Part shown: positions 27,236 to 42,353 of the stretch, in pieces
Position numbering within the stretch: the stretch's first letter is position 1
How the letters are laid out: each line of letters begins with the position of its first letter
NCBI RefSeq assembly: GCF_009914755.1
Contig: NC_060927.1
Reading direction: 5' to 3' (one strand)
From: the human T2T-CHM13v2.0 reference genome, Homo sapiens
Length of the DNA stretch: 64,000 nt
The notes under the pieces: generated by a model
Seen by the model: only the letters and a program-made list of their open reading frames with translations
Databases searched by the model: none
What the model was told of the DNA's origin: nothing
Position numbers and translations under genes: made by a program

Positions 27236-28369
27236 CAGTGGTGCTACTCAACCTGTTTTACTGTTGAATCTCCTAATCATTTGCTACTGAACGACTAAGA
27301 TAGCTTTTTCACTTTTCCACAAATCTCAGAATTACACAGGCAGCTCTGGTTCAACATGTAAACTCAGCACACACATGTTTTTCCTGAGATTTCTATTGGG
27401 TTGGTCACTCCTATAAAATTATGCCAAAAACACTTTTTTAATGTTATTAAACTCAGACAAAGAAAAGATCAGTAGTTAAAGCCATAGTGGATGAGAGATT
27501 TCAACAAATTTCTGAAAGATTAAATGCAGTTGGACTAGTGGTAATGATAAAGAATCAGAAGTCCTTTCCTAGAATACGGGTTAAGAGAGCAATAGCAGTG
27601 GTGCGAGACCATGTACCCATGGGATAACCCTATAAAGAGAGGATTCAAAGATATCAGAGTATGCCAAAGTTAGAGGTGGGACTGAAAACATGAAAATGAT
27701 TGAAGGTCTCCGTAGGAAACAATTTCCTCTCATCTTCACTACTCCCATCTTTCAGATAATAGACACTCATCTGCTAGCCAAAAATTCTAGTGTTATTACC
27801 TAAATAAATTGAACACACTTTCTGGACAAAACTAGGACAGTTTGAAGCAAAGTCTTCTTTATCTCAGCATTTAGGTGTCACTCAAAATGATGTCTGGAAC
27901 CTAATCAACTCACCCCAAAGCAATTTGACAAGGGCTGCCCTTATGTATAGAAACCCAGTCAACCTTTCCACTGCACTTATTCTTAAATATAAATAAAAAA
28001 ACAAGGATAACCGGACATTAAAGGATGCAACACAATTCTGGAATAAACAGCCATACTTCACTCAAAAGAAACGATGGGGTGAGACTTCAGTCTTCCAGGA
28101 CATAATACCTTCAAAGACTATGAAGCAATGTCTTCAAAATTGTAAGAGAAAATGTTTTTCAATCTAAAATTTTATATACAGGAAAGCTATCAATATTGCA
28201 TAAGACAGAGTAAAGACATTTTTACACTCTGGTTTCAGGAAATTTATCACGTTGCTTAAGAAATAAATAAAGGTGTTTAGGCAGATCAAGATAGTAAATA
28301 AAGGTGCTTAGGCAGACCAAGAGGAAATACAGGAAAAAAAAAAAGGAGCCAGGAAGGAAACCCCTTACA

Positions 28370-28762
28370 TGCTGTTTTTACCCTCCACTCCTCCAAATCC
28401 ATCTTGTCTTCCTGACTCTAGGCCCTGACTGATATACCAAGTGGACAGCCACCTTAGTCCCACCCAAGAGGCAGAGACATAACCTTCCATAAACTTCTTC
28501 ACCAGCTCACCTCTACAACACTACCTGGAAGCTGAATATGCTCGGCTTCCTAAAAGGCCCTGCAAGTTCCAACTTATTTACCCATGCCAGTGCTTCAGGG
28601 AGGGTTACTTTTGTATGATTTTCCTACTCCCTTTTCCAGACCTTATTTCCCTAGTTTCTCCCAAAATTGTGTGAATTCTAATTTCTTTAAGGAATGACTT
28701 ATTCCATATTCAATAATATTCATATGGATCTGCTTCTCTAATTCAAATTGGACTGATAAAGA
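28370..28762 (+). mobile_element. Old ERVL-class LTR (subfamily uncertain)
   Basis: C-rich body ending ctgcttctctaattcaaattggactgataaa, similar to old ERVL LTR ends. Confidence 0.35.
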
Positions 28763-29398
28763 CCCTTTAGGAAGAATATATAAGCCAACCACATGATTTG
28801 CCTTTACAGTAAATATTATTTGCAGTCTCATACTAAACTAGACATTGCTTACTGGTTTTCAGGTTTTAGAATAAACCTGTGGAAAAATCATGAGATTGAA
28901 GTATGGTGTTACAATAGGCATAGCTCTCAGTGTTTAGAGGTAAAACTGGGTGAAGAAGGTATAAAGAAGATTGGATCTACTGATGCCTTTGATTTCCAGA
29001 GTAAAGAATGAACTGAAGCATGCTTTATGAAGTTGCAGTGTGGATTAATGAAGAAACTTGGAAGACAGGTACTTGGAATTATTTGGTAGGAGAAGAAAGC
29101 AGGGAAAGGAGGGTAGTGTAATTAAACTAAGTCTTTATTAATTATAACAAAAAAAATAAATAGAAGAAACCCAAAACTGAGGAATCAGGAAATAGCAGCA
29201 CAAAGCATATTATTTAGAGATGTAGCTTTGATTATTGAAAGACTAAATATAGAAATGGTTATCTCTAAAAGATCAATAGTTAGCTGATAAGATTAGTTCC
29301 TTCGGGACAAAATCAGGACACAGGCATTGGAAGGGATTGAAAAGACTTTTACATTTCCCCACATATCTTTCTGTAGGGATCGAATGGTGTATTATATG

Positions 29399-30108
<710 letters not shown>

Positions 30109-32824
30109 ATCCTGTGAGTAGAATTTATTTATAGTCACTAAATAATTTATTTTAATTTTAAAAATTTTAAAAGAAGTTGCCTCTGGAGTATAAGATTGGG
30201 TGTGTAGGCGAGAAAATGAGCTTTCTCATTTCACCTTAAGCCCTTGTATACTATTTAATTATTTTAATTGGGTATAAACATTTTAATATATCTAATAAAT
30301 GAGCCATAAGGAGAGAAAGCTCATTAGCACTGTGATGGCCTCTCCTAGTATGAAACTTCCAAGGCAGCTCCTACTCTCTTATGGCCTCCCAACTGTCACA
30401 TGGAGGCCAGTTATTTCTAAGATCTAACCATAGCCAGCAAAACCTTTCTTCTATTTTTTCTTATTTTTTTATTACTTTTTTCTTTTTGTCAATTAGTTTG
30501 ACAATTTGTTTTCTTATTTTTTCCCCTCTCTCTCCCTTAGTATTCTTATACTGTGGATTTTATATGGATATTCTAATCTTTCTCAAAACAGCATAAATTC
30601 CTTTAGTACTGGGATGCTACCAGAAAGAACTGGTATTCTTCATAGATTGTAGTGGTCTGCACTTAGGAGGAACTCCTAAATAAGTAGCAAAATAAGGAAG
30701 AAATCAAGAGGGGAGAAATGACAATGCTAATGAAAATATTTGCATAGAATATCATATTTTCCCATTTATTTTCTGTGCGCTAAAGAAAGCATATACATAA
30801 AATATAATATATTTCATGGCTGGACAACTGACCCTAGGGAGTGAGTAGAAGAGAATATTTTGTAAGGATTATCTAGAGAGACATATAATAATAAAGCTAA
30901 AGTGTAGAACCCAAAATCAATCATTCAACATTCAGCTGATACAAATAAATAAGAAGCAGATGGGGAGTTAACTCAGAGAAGCAGGATCAATATTGGTAAA
31001 ATGCAAAATGAAATCAGCAATAAACTCTAGGGTCCAGTTAGGGCCTAAGCAAATCTGCTGTACCTTTAGCTCCTGGCCAGATGTTTCTGGAAGAAAAGGG
31101 AGGATTCTATGAGTCCTGAGGAGTGGCATAGAGAGATCAAAGACCTGAATGTTTCAGGCATGGGGGAATTGCTCTGTTCCATTTGAGGACCTATTTATAA
31201 TGTAGAAATGTCAACTCCATGTTGTTAGGCTAAGCTGAACGTGTATTTGTCATATCTGCATTCAAGAAATACTGACACTATGGTCTTGGTTGATGTTGGT
31301 ATCAATTTCATTTTAATCCTAAATTCATAGAAGGCAAAGATGAATGCATACTTTATTAAGGGGAGGCTTTATTTCAAATTTAAATATTTATAGTATTTGT
31401 CAGTTCAGTGCGCATTGAAGACATTGATCTGACTTCAGAAGTCTAGCACAGAAACTGAACTGACTGCTGAGAACATGTTTATCCCTAACACAACACAAAG
31501 AATAATACTATGCTGTCATTGTTTGGTAGTTCCGTGGGTATAAACTGCATTAATTGTATTTGAATCCATTTCAAAACAATTATTGCAGCTTCACGCTACC
31601 AATCAAATATTCAAGGTCATTTCTTAAAGTCTGCCATTTAATAGATATTTATCAAGATCGGTAATAGGAGCTGTGAGGAAAGAAGCTGCTGCCTCAAAAA
31701 GCTCATGATCTACAGAGGCAAGTTTCCCATATATTTTTAAATTATCTATCAATACCAAGAACACTGCAAGCTACCTTAGAAAAGAATACAGTACTAACCA
31801 ACTGGCTATCTTGCCTCCATCACCATGCTGACTTTTACTGTAATTTAAGATGAATTCAGAAATAATGTATCAGAAAAAGAAAGAAAAAATAAAAAAATTT
31901 AAACTTTTTTCTTCAAATACACAATTCAAGTGGTACTGCTCTAGATCAAGCTTAAAGATGGTGCAAAATGTTTTTCTTTACATTCCTGAAAGAGAATTCT
32001 TTGTAGTTTCTTTGTCTCTCTCTCTCTCTTTCTGTGTGTGTGTGTGTGTGTGTTGGTTATTAGCTATCCATAAACTGGGTACAAATTAGATAATGTGTTT
32101 GATCTAAACTAAACTTTTAAACAACCAGAACAAAACATGAGTGTCCTGAGTGTGACATATTAAAATATTGCTATGCCAAAAATATTTGTATTCTAAGGCT
32201 CCAATACCCCCCAATTTTCTGTAGCCCTGGGGGTCCAAAAGATATGTTATTTTCTGAGTTTCACCCCCCAGCAGGCGGGCCCCTGGGCTTCCTAAAAACC
32301 CACTACTGAGTTGCTTCTCCAACTATCCTGCAGAGGGTGATGGCTCACCTGAAGTCCCAGTCCACTCCACAGTGGAGCCTCACTTGTCTGGTTTCCTGCA
32401 CAGCTAGGATCTTCCTGGGGGAAGGACTTTTAAAGGAAGACCTTCCCCCTCCCTCAGGACCAAGGTTGTTGGATATTAAGTTTGTCAATTTATATAGCTA
32501 GGGTCAGGTTCTCCGCACATAAGGATAAGTAAGCATTGTGACTGGGCAGCTGTACCTGCTTTGCTTTGAAATAGCAAAATGCTATAGTCATAGTAGAAAT
32601 GCTATGACTGCTTTGCTTTGTTCAAGTAATTTTATTTTAAAGTATTCCCTGCCTTTTTCTGAAATCCTAGTCCATCTGAGAAGTTTTTTTAAAAATTGCA
32701 TCTTATTATAGAGAAAGGATTGGGATCTTAAGCCCTTTCATCTCAGAAAACTCTTGTATTCCTACACAAATGTGACTCACTTCACCACCACCAATTACAC
32801 ACACTCACACACACACACACACCC

Positions 32825-33206
32825 TGTCAGACCTCTGAGCCCAAGCTAAGCCATCATATCCCCTGTGACCTGTGCAGATGGCTGGTTCCTGCCTTAACTG
32901 ATGACATTCCACCACCAAAGAAGTGAAAATGGCCTGTTCCTGCCTCAACTAATGACTTTATCTTGTGAAATTCCTTCTCCTGGCTCATCCTGGCTCAAAA
33001 GCTTCCCTACTGAGCACCTTGTGACCCCCACTCCTGCCCGCCAGAGAACCACCCCCCTTTTTCCTTTACCTAACCAAATCCTGTAAAACAGCCCCACCCC
33101 GTATCTCCCTTCGCTGACTCTCTTTTTGGACTCAGCCCGCCTGCAAACAGCTTTATTGCTCACACAAAGCCTGTTTGGTGGTCTCTTCACACGGACGTGA
33201 GTGAAA
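32825..33206 (+). mobile_element. LTR7 (HERV-H) solo LTR with small deletions
   Basis: tgtcagacctctgagcccaagctaagccatcatatcccctgtgacctg...cacaaagcctgtttggtggtctcttcacacggacgtgagtgaaa. No PBS follows. Confidence 0.95.
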
Positions 33207-33890
33207 CACAGTAGTTTCATATACCAGGAGGCTTCATCAGTGATGGACTTGATTAAGTCACTAAAGATTTTTCAGAAAGATGCAATAGCTTCATTAAAAT
33301 TAGAAACTTAAAAATATTGACTTGGTTATAGACACTAAATTTTAAAAGAATTAATCAATCATATGAATTGATTTCCCAAGAACCTGATAAAAAAGTAGAA
33401 TTTTAAATTTTGGGGAAGAAAAAAAACAAAGTCCATCAACTACCTTTAGTATTGTAATTCTCTTGACCCTATTTATTCAAGTAGACAAACTTAATTGAAG
33501 ATACCCAGAAAAGCTTTCCAGTCACAAATCTAACTGCTCTGGGAACAACTTCCATGTACTTCAGAAATGCTACAATTTTATTCTGTTTTCTCATACTGCT
33601 CCCATCTCTTAAGAATAAGTGTGTCTCATGTTCTTCTCCTTGGTACTTGCAGTAGATCAAAGACTACCACTAGGCCTACTCTTGAGAGCTGGCCTTCCAT
33701 TGAGAGGCCTTCTATTGAGAGGTGGCATCTGATTCCACTTCCCTTGAATTTGGGATGACCTTAATTACTTGCTTGAACACTAAAATATGGCAGAAGTGTT
33801 TTTCTGAGACTTCCAAGATTTGGTCGTAAGAATCTTCTGCCCATTTCTCTTACAACGTTCCCTCTGGGGGAAGCTAGCCACCCTATAAGG

Positions 33891-34092
33891 CAAGCTTGTC
33901 CAACCCATGGCCCAGGATGGCTTCGAATGCAGCCCAACATAATTTCATAAATTTTCTTAAAACATTATGAGATTATTTTGCATTTTTTTATTAGCTCATC
34001 AGCTATCATTAGTGTTACTGCATTTTAAGTGGCCCAATACATTCTCCTCCTTTCAATGTGGCCCAGGGAAGCCAAAAGATTGGAGACACCTG
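33891..34092 (-). mobile_element. MER30 (hAT-Charlie)
   Basis: caagcttgtccaaccc...gctcatcagctatc...ggcccagggaagccaaaagattgg. Confidence 0.92.
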
Positions 34093-34187
34093 CAGCATAG
34101 ATTCAACCTTCATGAGACTGGCCTGCTGTTAGGAAGCCTAAGCCTGCCAGGCAGAAGGAAGAATGCGGAACAAAAGATCCCCAACCA

Positions 34188-35043
<856 letters not shown>

Positions 35044-35161
35044 AGAACTACCTTGACCTCCAGCCCCAGGACATCCAACCTGGAGAAATCCAAGGATCCC
35101 AGTTGACAGCCAGAATCAAAGATTCATAATGTTGCCACAAATATCCAATTTGAATCCCTAA

Positions 35162-35642
35162 TGTCTTTCTTTCCTGTGGCTTTGATAACAAATTACTCCA
35201 AACGAGGAAGCTTAACACAGTAGAAATTTATTCTCTCACAGTTCTGGAGGCCTTAAGTTTGAAAGGAGTATCACTGAGATGAAATTAAGGTGTCGGCACA
35301 GCCTCATTCCCTCCTTCTAGAGGCTGAAAAGGAGAATCCATTCTTTGCGTCTTCCAGATTTGGATGGCTACTAGCATTGCCTGGCATACGGTCGCATCAT
35401 TCCAATTTCTGCCTCTGTCTACACAGCGAATTCTTTTCTATGTGGGTCAGTATGGAATCTCCTTCCACATTTTTCTAAAAGGACCCACATCATTACATTT
35501 AGTGCCCATCCATATAATCCAGAATAATCTCCTCATCTAAAAATTCTTCTCTTAGTCACTTCTTTTGCCCTATAAATCAATACTTACAGATGCTGGAGAT
35601 TTGGGCTTGATGTATCTTTGGGACATTTTTCAATTTACCACT
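35162..35642 (-). mobile_element. MLT1C/D MaLR LTR
   Basis: ataacaaattac...agaaatttattctctcacagttctggagg...ataatccagaataatctcc. Confidence 0.85.
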
Positions 35643-35779
35643 AAATACATTATATCCTTTATTCTTATTTACATCATCCATAACAAAAATTCTTAGACTT
35701 CCAGTTCGCTCTTCTTTTCTTATACTCTAATTGGTATAAGATTCTGTATCTGTCCCCTCACTTTTGTTTTTTCTTCTAA

Positions 35780-36920
35780 CCTTCACAACATCTACCACAC
35801 TCCCTATTGCCTTCACACAAATCATTATCATCAGTTTCCACCCTGTGTTTGATCTTTGTTTTCAACAACACATTTACCTTTTTGCTCTGATGAAAACATG
35901 ACAATCTATTAAGAACATTGTTTCTCTGCAGTCTTAAGTGGCCACTGATTTTTCTCCCTTTTTCATGCCACTGGGCGTGGAAGTGGCATAGATATCTTTC
36001 TTGTTCTCCTTTGCCGGTTTTAAATCATTCTTTCTCCTTCCCTAAAATTCTTCTTTTTGAATCATCTTACCATATCACCCACCACCATTCATATTGCTGA
36101 TATTATAAACTTCAGTTTATTTTATTTATTTCTCTAATGCTATTCTAGTCTTAAATCTTGGCATTTTCAACATATACAGATATGATCTTTTCAACACGTT
36201 GGCTTCTCAACCCCCGTTAGTAAATGACCTTGTCTTCCACTTTACATCAGACATACATTTTAATAGTCATAACCTTAACTTTGTTTTTACTAATAAATAC
36301 AACTTTTTCATAATCTCAGTTGCGTGGATTCTATTCTTTCACTATTATCCCTTCTTTTTTAAGTCATTCAATGACTTTGCTCTCACAATTCTCTCCTCTC
36401 TTTTTGCCTCATCAATTTTCTTTCTCTACTGGATCATCCACCATTATGCAAACATACAGTTAGTTCCCTCATCTTAAACAAATATTCTCTTTCCTTACTT
36501 CTCCAGCAGCAGAACTTCATTTTTTTTTAAAATTTATCATTTTAGAATAATTCTTCTAAGAATTTGCCTAGTTTTACTGTCTCCAAAATTTTGGAGAAAC
36601 TTCTCAATCCTGTTGTCCTTGGAGAGTCTTGGTTTATACTTTTTTCTCATGTAATCAACCATGTATAGTCTTATTCTCAAAGCATCCTGATTCAGATGTT
36701 AATTCTATAGTTACCCTATTTATTCTCAGTATTACACAGATTTAACTGATGTTTTCATCCTCCAAACATTTTCTTAATTGATTTCCATTTTTCTGGTTTT
36801 CTCCTTTACTCATGAGCCACCTTGCCAGTCTCATTTATTGGTCCTTCCTCTTTTCCACAGCCTGTTCCACTCCTGAGGAGGAGTATTGGGCTCATTACTT
36901 GGATTTCTTCTCTTCCTGTA
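35780..36920 (+). mobile_element. L2 fragment
   Basis: Pyrimidine-rich, with L2 ORF2-like landmarks (tttctctactggatcat; tttccattttctggttttctcc). Confidence 0.6.
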
Positions 36921-39900
36921 GGTAACCACTGCTGCCATATTTAATGAAATTACACTGAAAATGAAATAAATTACTTTAGACAATGATTAGTCACATAAGG
37001 TGATAATTTCTCTATGATGGCTACAAAGTATTTTCACTTTGTACATGAGGCTAAAGCAAAGAAAGATTTTAAAAAATGTATCAGTGGGATTGCCAAACTA
37101 TCAAGAATTATTCTGCTTTATTTCTTTCCTGTCTTCCCTCTTGGATCAGCTTTCCATCATCACTCATAAAAATAAAATATTTCTGACATTATCGTGGTAA
37201 AAAAGACACTTAGTGTTCAAGTGGAAATATAAGCTCTAGCTTTAACTTGACCAATCCTCCAAGACTATAATTATTGATAACAAATTCTACTACAAATTTT
37301 TTTGTATAATCATGGAGAAGCAAAAGGCTTAAAGAAAGAAAAAAATAATTATATATGTATAAGTAAAATGCAGATTGGTGCTTAGAATATTATGTATAAT
37401 CTGTTACCTCATTCTTTCTACCCAGAACCTTTCATATAATGAACAACAACAACAACAGCAAAAACTGGTAGAGCCTTGATTGTTCCAAATGTAAAGCAAA
37501 TACTTTTTTTTCTTTTGTTTATTTTCTTGGTGAAAGGGTAAAGGGGCCTTTAAGAAAGAGGCATGTTGAAAAGCAACCCTTGAATATAAATGTAAATTAC
37601 AACATTCCCATAAATTGTAACATATCATTATCTTGCCCATTCTTTAAAGAAAGAAAAAAAAAGACTAATAATCATCCAGTTACATGTTAGAATAGTTTCG
37701 GGTTATTTCATTAGACTATTATGTTCATTTATTTATAAATCAATATGTTTAGCACCAAGGTGCCCCTTTCTGACCTTTTAGATGCCCTAATGTGAAAGTT
37801 GCTTCTCATGATTGCTCATCTCTATTTTCAGTAGGCTACTCCTGTCTATATCTTTGTATTGCTGTCTTTCTGTATTTGGATAATATAAATCTTGCTTCAT
37901 TTCTTTACTTCCTTGAGTCAGTTGTTTTCTAGTCAGATGCTGAATAATTCCTCAATATTTCTTATTGAATAGCAAATGGGAAGATGAAGTCTAATGTTCA
38001 TTCCTTCCTTAAAAGTCTTCATCACAGAACAGAATATCATATGGATTGGATGCTTCTTAATTCACAACTCTGGTCCATTAGTGCCAGGACTGAAATCTCT
38101 TTATATACATTAAATCTTTCTCCTTCAGTAATATGTGATGTTTAGCCAATCTGTCAAAGTATTTCTTTTATCACATTTTCACTGTCTATTTTTTGTACAA
38201 GATCTCATTGTTAAGCTGCATTTTATTGATGCAAAGAAATTTTATATGCAATTTCCATTCCATTAACTATTCCAAAGGATAATACACCTTCTAATGGTGC
38301 TGAACAGTAAACTACAGCCAGTTCTGAGTTGCTGTCTGATGTTTTGTTCAGCTGTCTTGTGACCCTCTCTGACATTTCAGCCATCTTTTGGGGGTGTTGT
38401 GGGCTTTTACTATTTACCTAAGAAAATACTAAACTAGTTATAACTTGTTTGAATGAAGAAGTAGCTGCTATGTTTCAAATTATTTGTTATAAACAATGAT
38501 ACTTTCAAATAAAATTTCAGTGGCTAATTCAAATATTGTGAATGTGAAGTATCCGTGCTTATTATCAAACTTGTTGTAGATATACATTTTATAGATATTG
38601 TTAAAAAATAAAGTACATGTTGTTCAATACTGATGTCTTAGCTTTGAAATCAGAGAGTCCTGTGTTTTTAAATTAACACTTCAAAATTATACATAGATCT
38701 GTGTGGGCAAACTACTTACCCAGCAGGGTCTCTGTGTCTATAACGTAGGGTTATTTTAAGGGAAAAATTAGTTAAGGTATGTAAAGCTGTAAGCCTGGAA
38801 CACTGTAGGACCATCCAGTGACATTGTATTTGTTATCAGTAACTTAAAATCTAGGACATGAAACCCTAATTCTGTCCTTCAGAAGGGCAGTGTGAGCAAC
38901 ATTTTAATTGATCCTAGTATTATTCTTTGTTATTGTCCTTCCTATTAGACCAGTTTTTATGATGGTATTGATTGATCCTGGGATGAATAGTATTGTTAGC
39001 ACGAGCGTTTAGGCCACACAGGCTGTGACCACGCAACTGTCTTTGTCCAAAAGGGAATTTCTTGGTTTCTACTATAATCCCTTCCATATGCATTTCTGCT
39101 CAGATTTCTGATGAAGAACTACTTGCATACATATTTGGCCAACATTTTATATTAATTAAGGGAAATTTCTAATTGTACCATCTCATAATGTCTTGAATAT
39201 ATGTTTGATCACTCAAGTACTTTTTTCCTTGAAAATAAAACTAAAACCTCAAATTGCATAATATTATAGATTTCATCCAGGCAGTGCAAATATTTTGTTG
39301 ACTTTGGCTGCTGCCACGAAATAACTAAATGTAAATGTATATTACCTTTTTTCTTTTAACAAAGGTAAATTACAGGTTAAATGAGCTTATGCCTAAATAA
39401 ATAGCTTTTATAATTTTAGATCTCAAATCATCTACCTAAATTTAGTTTAATAATTGCAAATACATTCAAGGTATATTAGAGAATTTGTTCTTTCTTTGTA
39501 TTGCTGCCAAAATTTCAGTTTGCAGTTTCTGACATCACCAACACCTAAAACGGTGTGACACATGGAGTTGGGATGTAGCTAGAAATAACAGAAGAAAATT
39601 AAATCACTTACACAGGCAATCCTGAGGTCCATTTACATTTGAAAAATAAAACCCTTTACTAGCACACTTCTGAAATCACTAAATGGCCTTGCAGAGCTAA
39701 ACTTTTTGAAAGAGAAAATGAATAAGATGATAGGGAAAGAGAAAACATAAGAGAAAAAGATGAAAGAATTTCCAGGGAATCAATAAACACAGTAAGAGCC
39801 AAGAACAAAATGTACTTTGAAGAGCCATTTTGAGATTAAGATTAAGAAACTGCCTATAAACAAAAATGAGTTTTCCAAAGATTGAAAAATATAAAATATC

Positions 39901-40064
39901 TGATTTATTTCTTCACCATATCTAATATGTCTGGTACTGTAAAGACAAAGCTTACAATCTAAAACAGAAATTTCATGTCTGAAGAGGAAGTTAACAACTA
40001 ACTAGTTCGGACTCTTGAAAAATGAGAAATGTGATTATTAAAAATTGAAATCACTTGCACAGGC

Positions 40065-40725
40065 TGTGAAGCTGTTGTTTATCAATTCTGTGAGATTCTA
40101 TCTCCATGGCTTCCCTCCTCCTAACTTTCAATCTTGTCACCTATTCACAGCAATGGCACTGTGATGGTTAATACTGAGTGTCGACTTGATTGGATGGAAG
40201 GATACAAAGTATTGATCCTGGGTGTGTCTGTCAGGGTGTTGCCAAAGGAGATTAAGATTTGAGTCAGTGGGCTGGGGAAGGCAGACCCACCCTTAATCTG
40301 GGTGGGCAAAATCTAATCAGCTGCTAACACATCTAGAATATAAGCAGGCAGAAAAAAGTGAAAAGAGAGAATGGGGCCTAGCCTCCCAGCCTACATCTTT
40401 CTCCATGCTGGATGCTTCTTCCTGCCTTCGAACTTTGGACTCCAAGTTCTTCAGTTTTGGACCTCAGACTGACTCTCCTTGCTTCTCAGCCTGCAGACAG
40501 CCTATTGTGGGACCTTGTGATCCTGTGAGTTAATACTTAATAAACTCCCCTTTATATATATATATGTGTTTGTGTGTGTGTATATATATATATGCACACA
40601 CACACATATCTTATATATACATATATAATATATACTTATATATAAATATATACTTATTTATATATTAAATACATATACTTATATATTTATTATATAAATT
40701 ATATATATTATATATATTATATATG

Positions 40726-40771
<46 letters not shown>

Positions 40772-41165
40772 CATTAGTTATGTCCCTCTAGAGAACCCTG
40801 ACTAATACAGGCACATTCCCCTGAACAGAGTAATGATCCAGAAATGACCCGTAGGTGACCAATCGGGTTCCTTTTTTGGACTTTCGCTTTGAACATTGAG
40901 AAAAGAAAGAGGTTGCAATCTAAAGGAAAAATATGTGACTTGGAGCTATAAATACCTGTAAATCTCCAGCCACAGGAGAAAACCAGCCTGCAGTAAAACG
41001 ATAAAGGTAGCACAATTTATTATCATTATTTTTAGCCCTTGTGTCCTGCTGTGTTTGAAGTCAGATCCAACTCTGGACTTGCAAGTGAGACAGTCCCTTA
41101 TTTCTACTGTGATTTGTACAAATTGATTTCCATCACTTGCAACCCAAGGTGATCTGCCTAATATG
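40065..41165 (+). mobile_element. Old MLT1 (K/L/N-like) LTR, host of MLT2A1
   Basis: 3' end ctctggacttgcaag...catcacttgcaacccaagg...ctaatat. Confidence 0.55.
40160..40809 (+). mobile_element. MLT2A1 (HERV-L) solo LTR with an expanded (TA)-rich tract at 40553-40769
   Basis: tgtgatggttaatactgagtgtc...gagaaccctgactaataca, with a perfect TSD ggcac (40155-40159 / 40810-40814). Confidence 0.95.
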
Positions 41166-41217
41166 TGTGTCTGTATTATAATGTGTATCCTTCAGAAATA
41201 AGGCGTGGCAGCATTTT

Positions 41218-41713
41218 TGTAGCTACTCCAGGGATGAAAAATATCTTTCTTTCCCATCACTATGTTCATGGCTGAGGTCTCAAGAGATTAACAAGAGAAG
41301 AACATACAAACTGATTTAATATGGGTTTTATATGACACAGGAGCCTTCAGAAAGGAAGACCCAAAGAAATAGGTAAATTTGTGTATTTTCGTGCTTAGGT
41401 TTGACGAAGAATGGAAAGTCATAGAGAAATATAATTGAAGGAGAAAAGGATATGACCTAATGGTTATAAATTGGGGGAGTGGGGGGGTAGAATTAGCAAG
41501 GCCTGTTTATTCAGATCCTTCTCTGTTTCTGGTATCTTCAGAGATAAGGATGCCCCTCTCCTTCAGTTCTAGGGAAGGTACTTCTCAGATGAGAGTCTTA
41601 TGACCTGCTTCAGAGGAGAAGGAGGATGGAAGGTGAGAGCGACCTTCCTATTTCTACTGTTTTCTTAAATGCCAAGATGCCATATTTTGGGGTAGTGTGG
41701 CCTAATCTTATAG
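41218..41713 (-). mobile_element. MER31-type ERV1 solo LTR
   Basis: gaaggtgagagcgaccttcct...aaatgccaagatgccatattttggggtagtgt matches the reverse of the MER31 5' end. Confidence 0.8.
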
Positions 41714-42353
41714 CAATAAATATAATTTTATTGTCATCTTTCTTTTGATTCATTTTATAATTGTATTGATCTACCTGGGATAAACATGTGCCCATCTAAG
41801 TCTATCCAGAGGCCATCTCCTGAAGCCATTATGCTTTCTCTGTAAATAGTCTCTTTTTTTTATATTTTAGATTTAGAAATTTGTTCAGTATTCTTCCTAG
41901 TCAATCACAAAGCTAAAACAAATAATTAAAATACTTGCTATGTGCTAGGTTTTAGGGGATAGACAATTTATGTGGGAGTTTGGTTAATAATAATAACAAA
42001 CTTTTTATATTAGTTGATAATATCCACTTTAGAGATAGAATAGCAGGACTAAACAAGTGAAAAAGTTGGAATTTAAACCTGAAGATGGGGGAATAGGATT
42101 TTCTAGCACACATTCTATTATGTAAACATCCATTTGAAAAAACTATTCATGCATGAGAATACTTTTCCAGGAGTTACAGAATCCAGAAATTACAGTGCCT
42201 GAGTATAGCAGAGAAATAATAAAAGGTGCATGTAAGAGGGTAGCAAGGACAGGTTCACAACACCCACATTAACCCTTTGCCAAGCCTGAGCAGCACCGCA
42301 CAAGAGAAAAATACTCTCACAAGGGAAAGGAGAGTGAAGCAAGAACGGTTCTG

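Noticed and set aside
28264-28322. 31-bp tandem duplication (similar small ones at ~33691-33722, ~4450-4473 and ~50497-50514)
   Set aside because: Ordinary slippage duplications inside old repeats.
37750-38450. Possible L3/CR1 relic
   Set aside because: The similarity is too faint to support without an HMM search.
39030-39036. AhR XRE-like CACGCAA with nearby CpGs
   Set aside because: A single 7-mer with no independent support.
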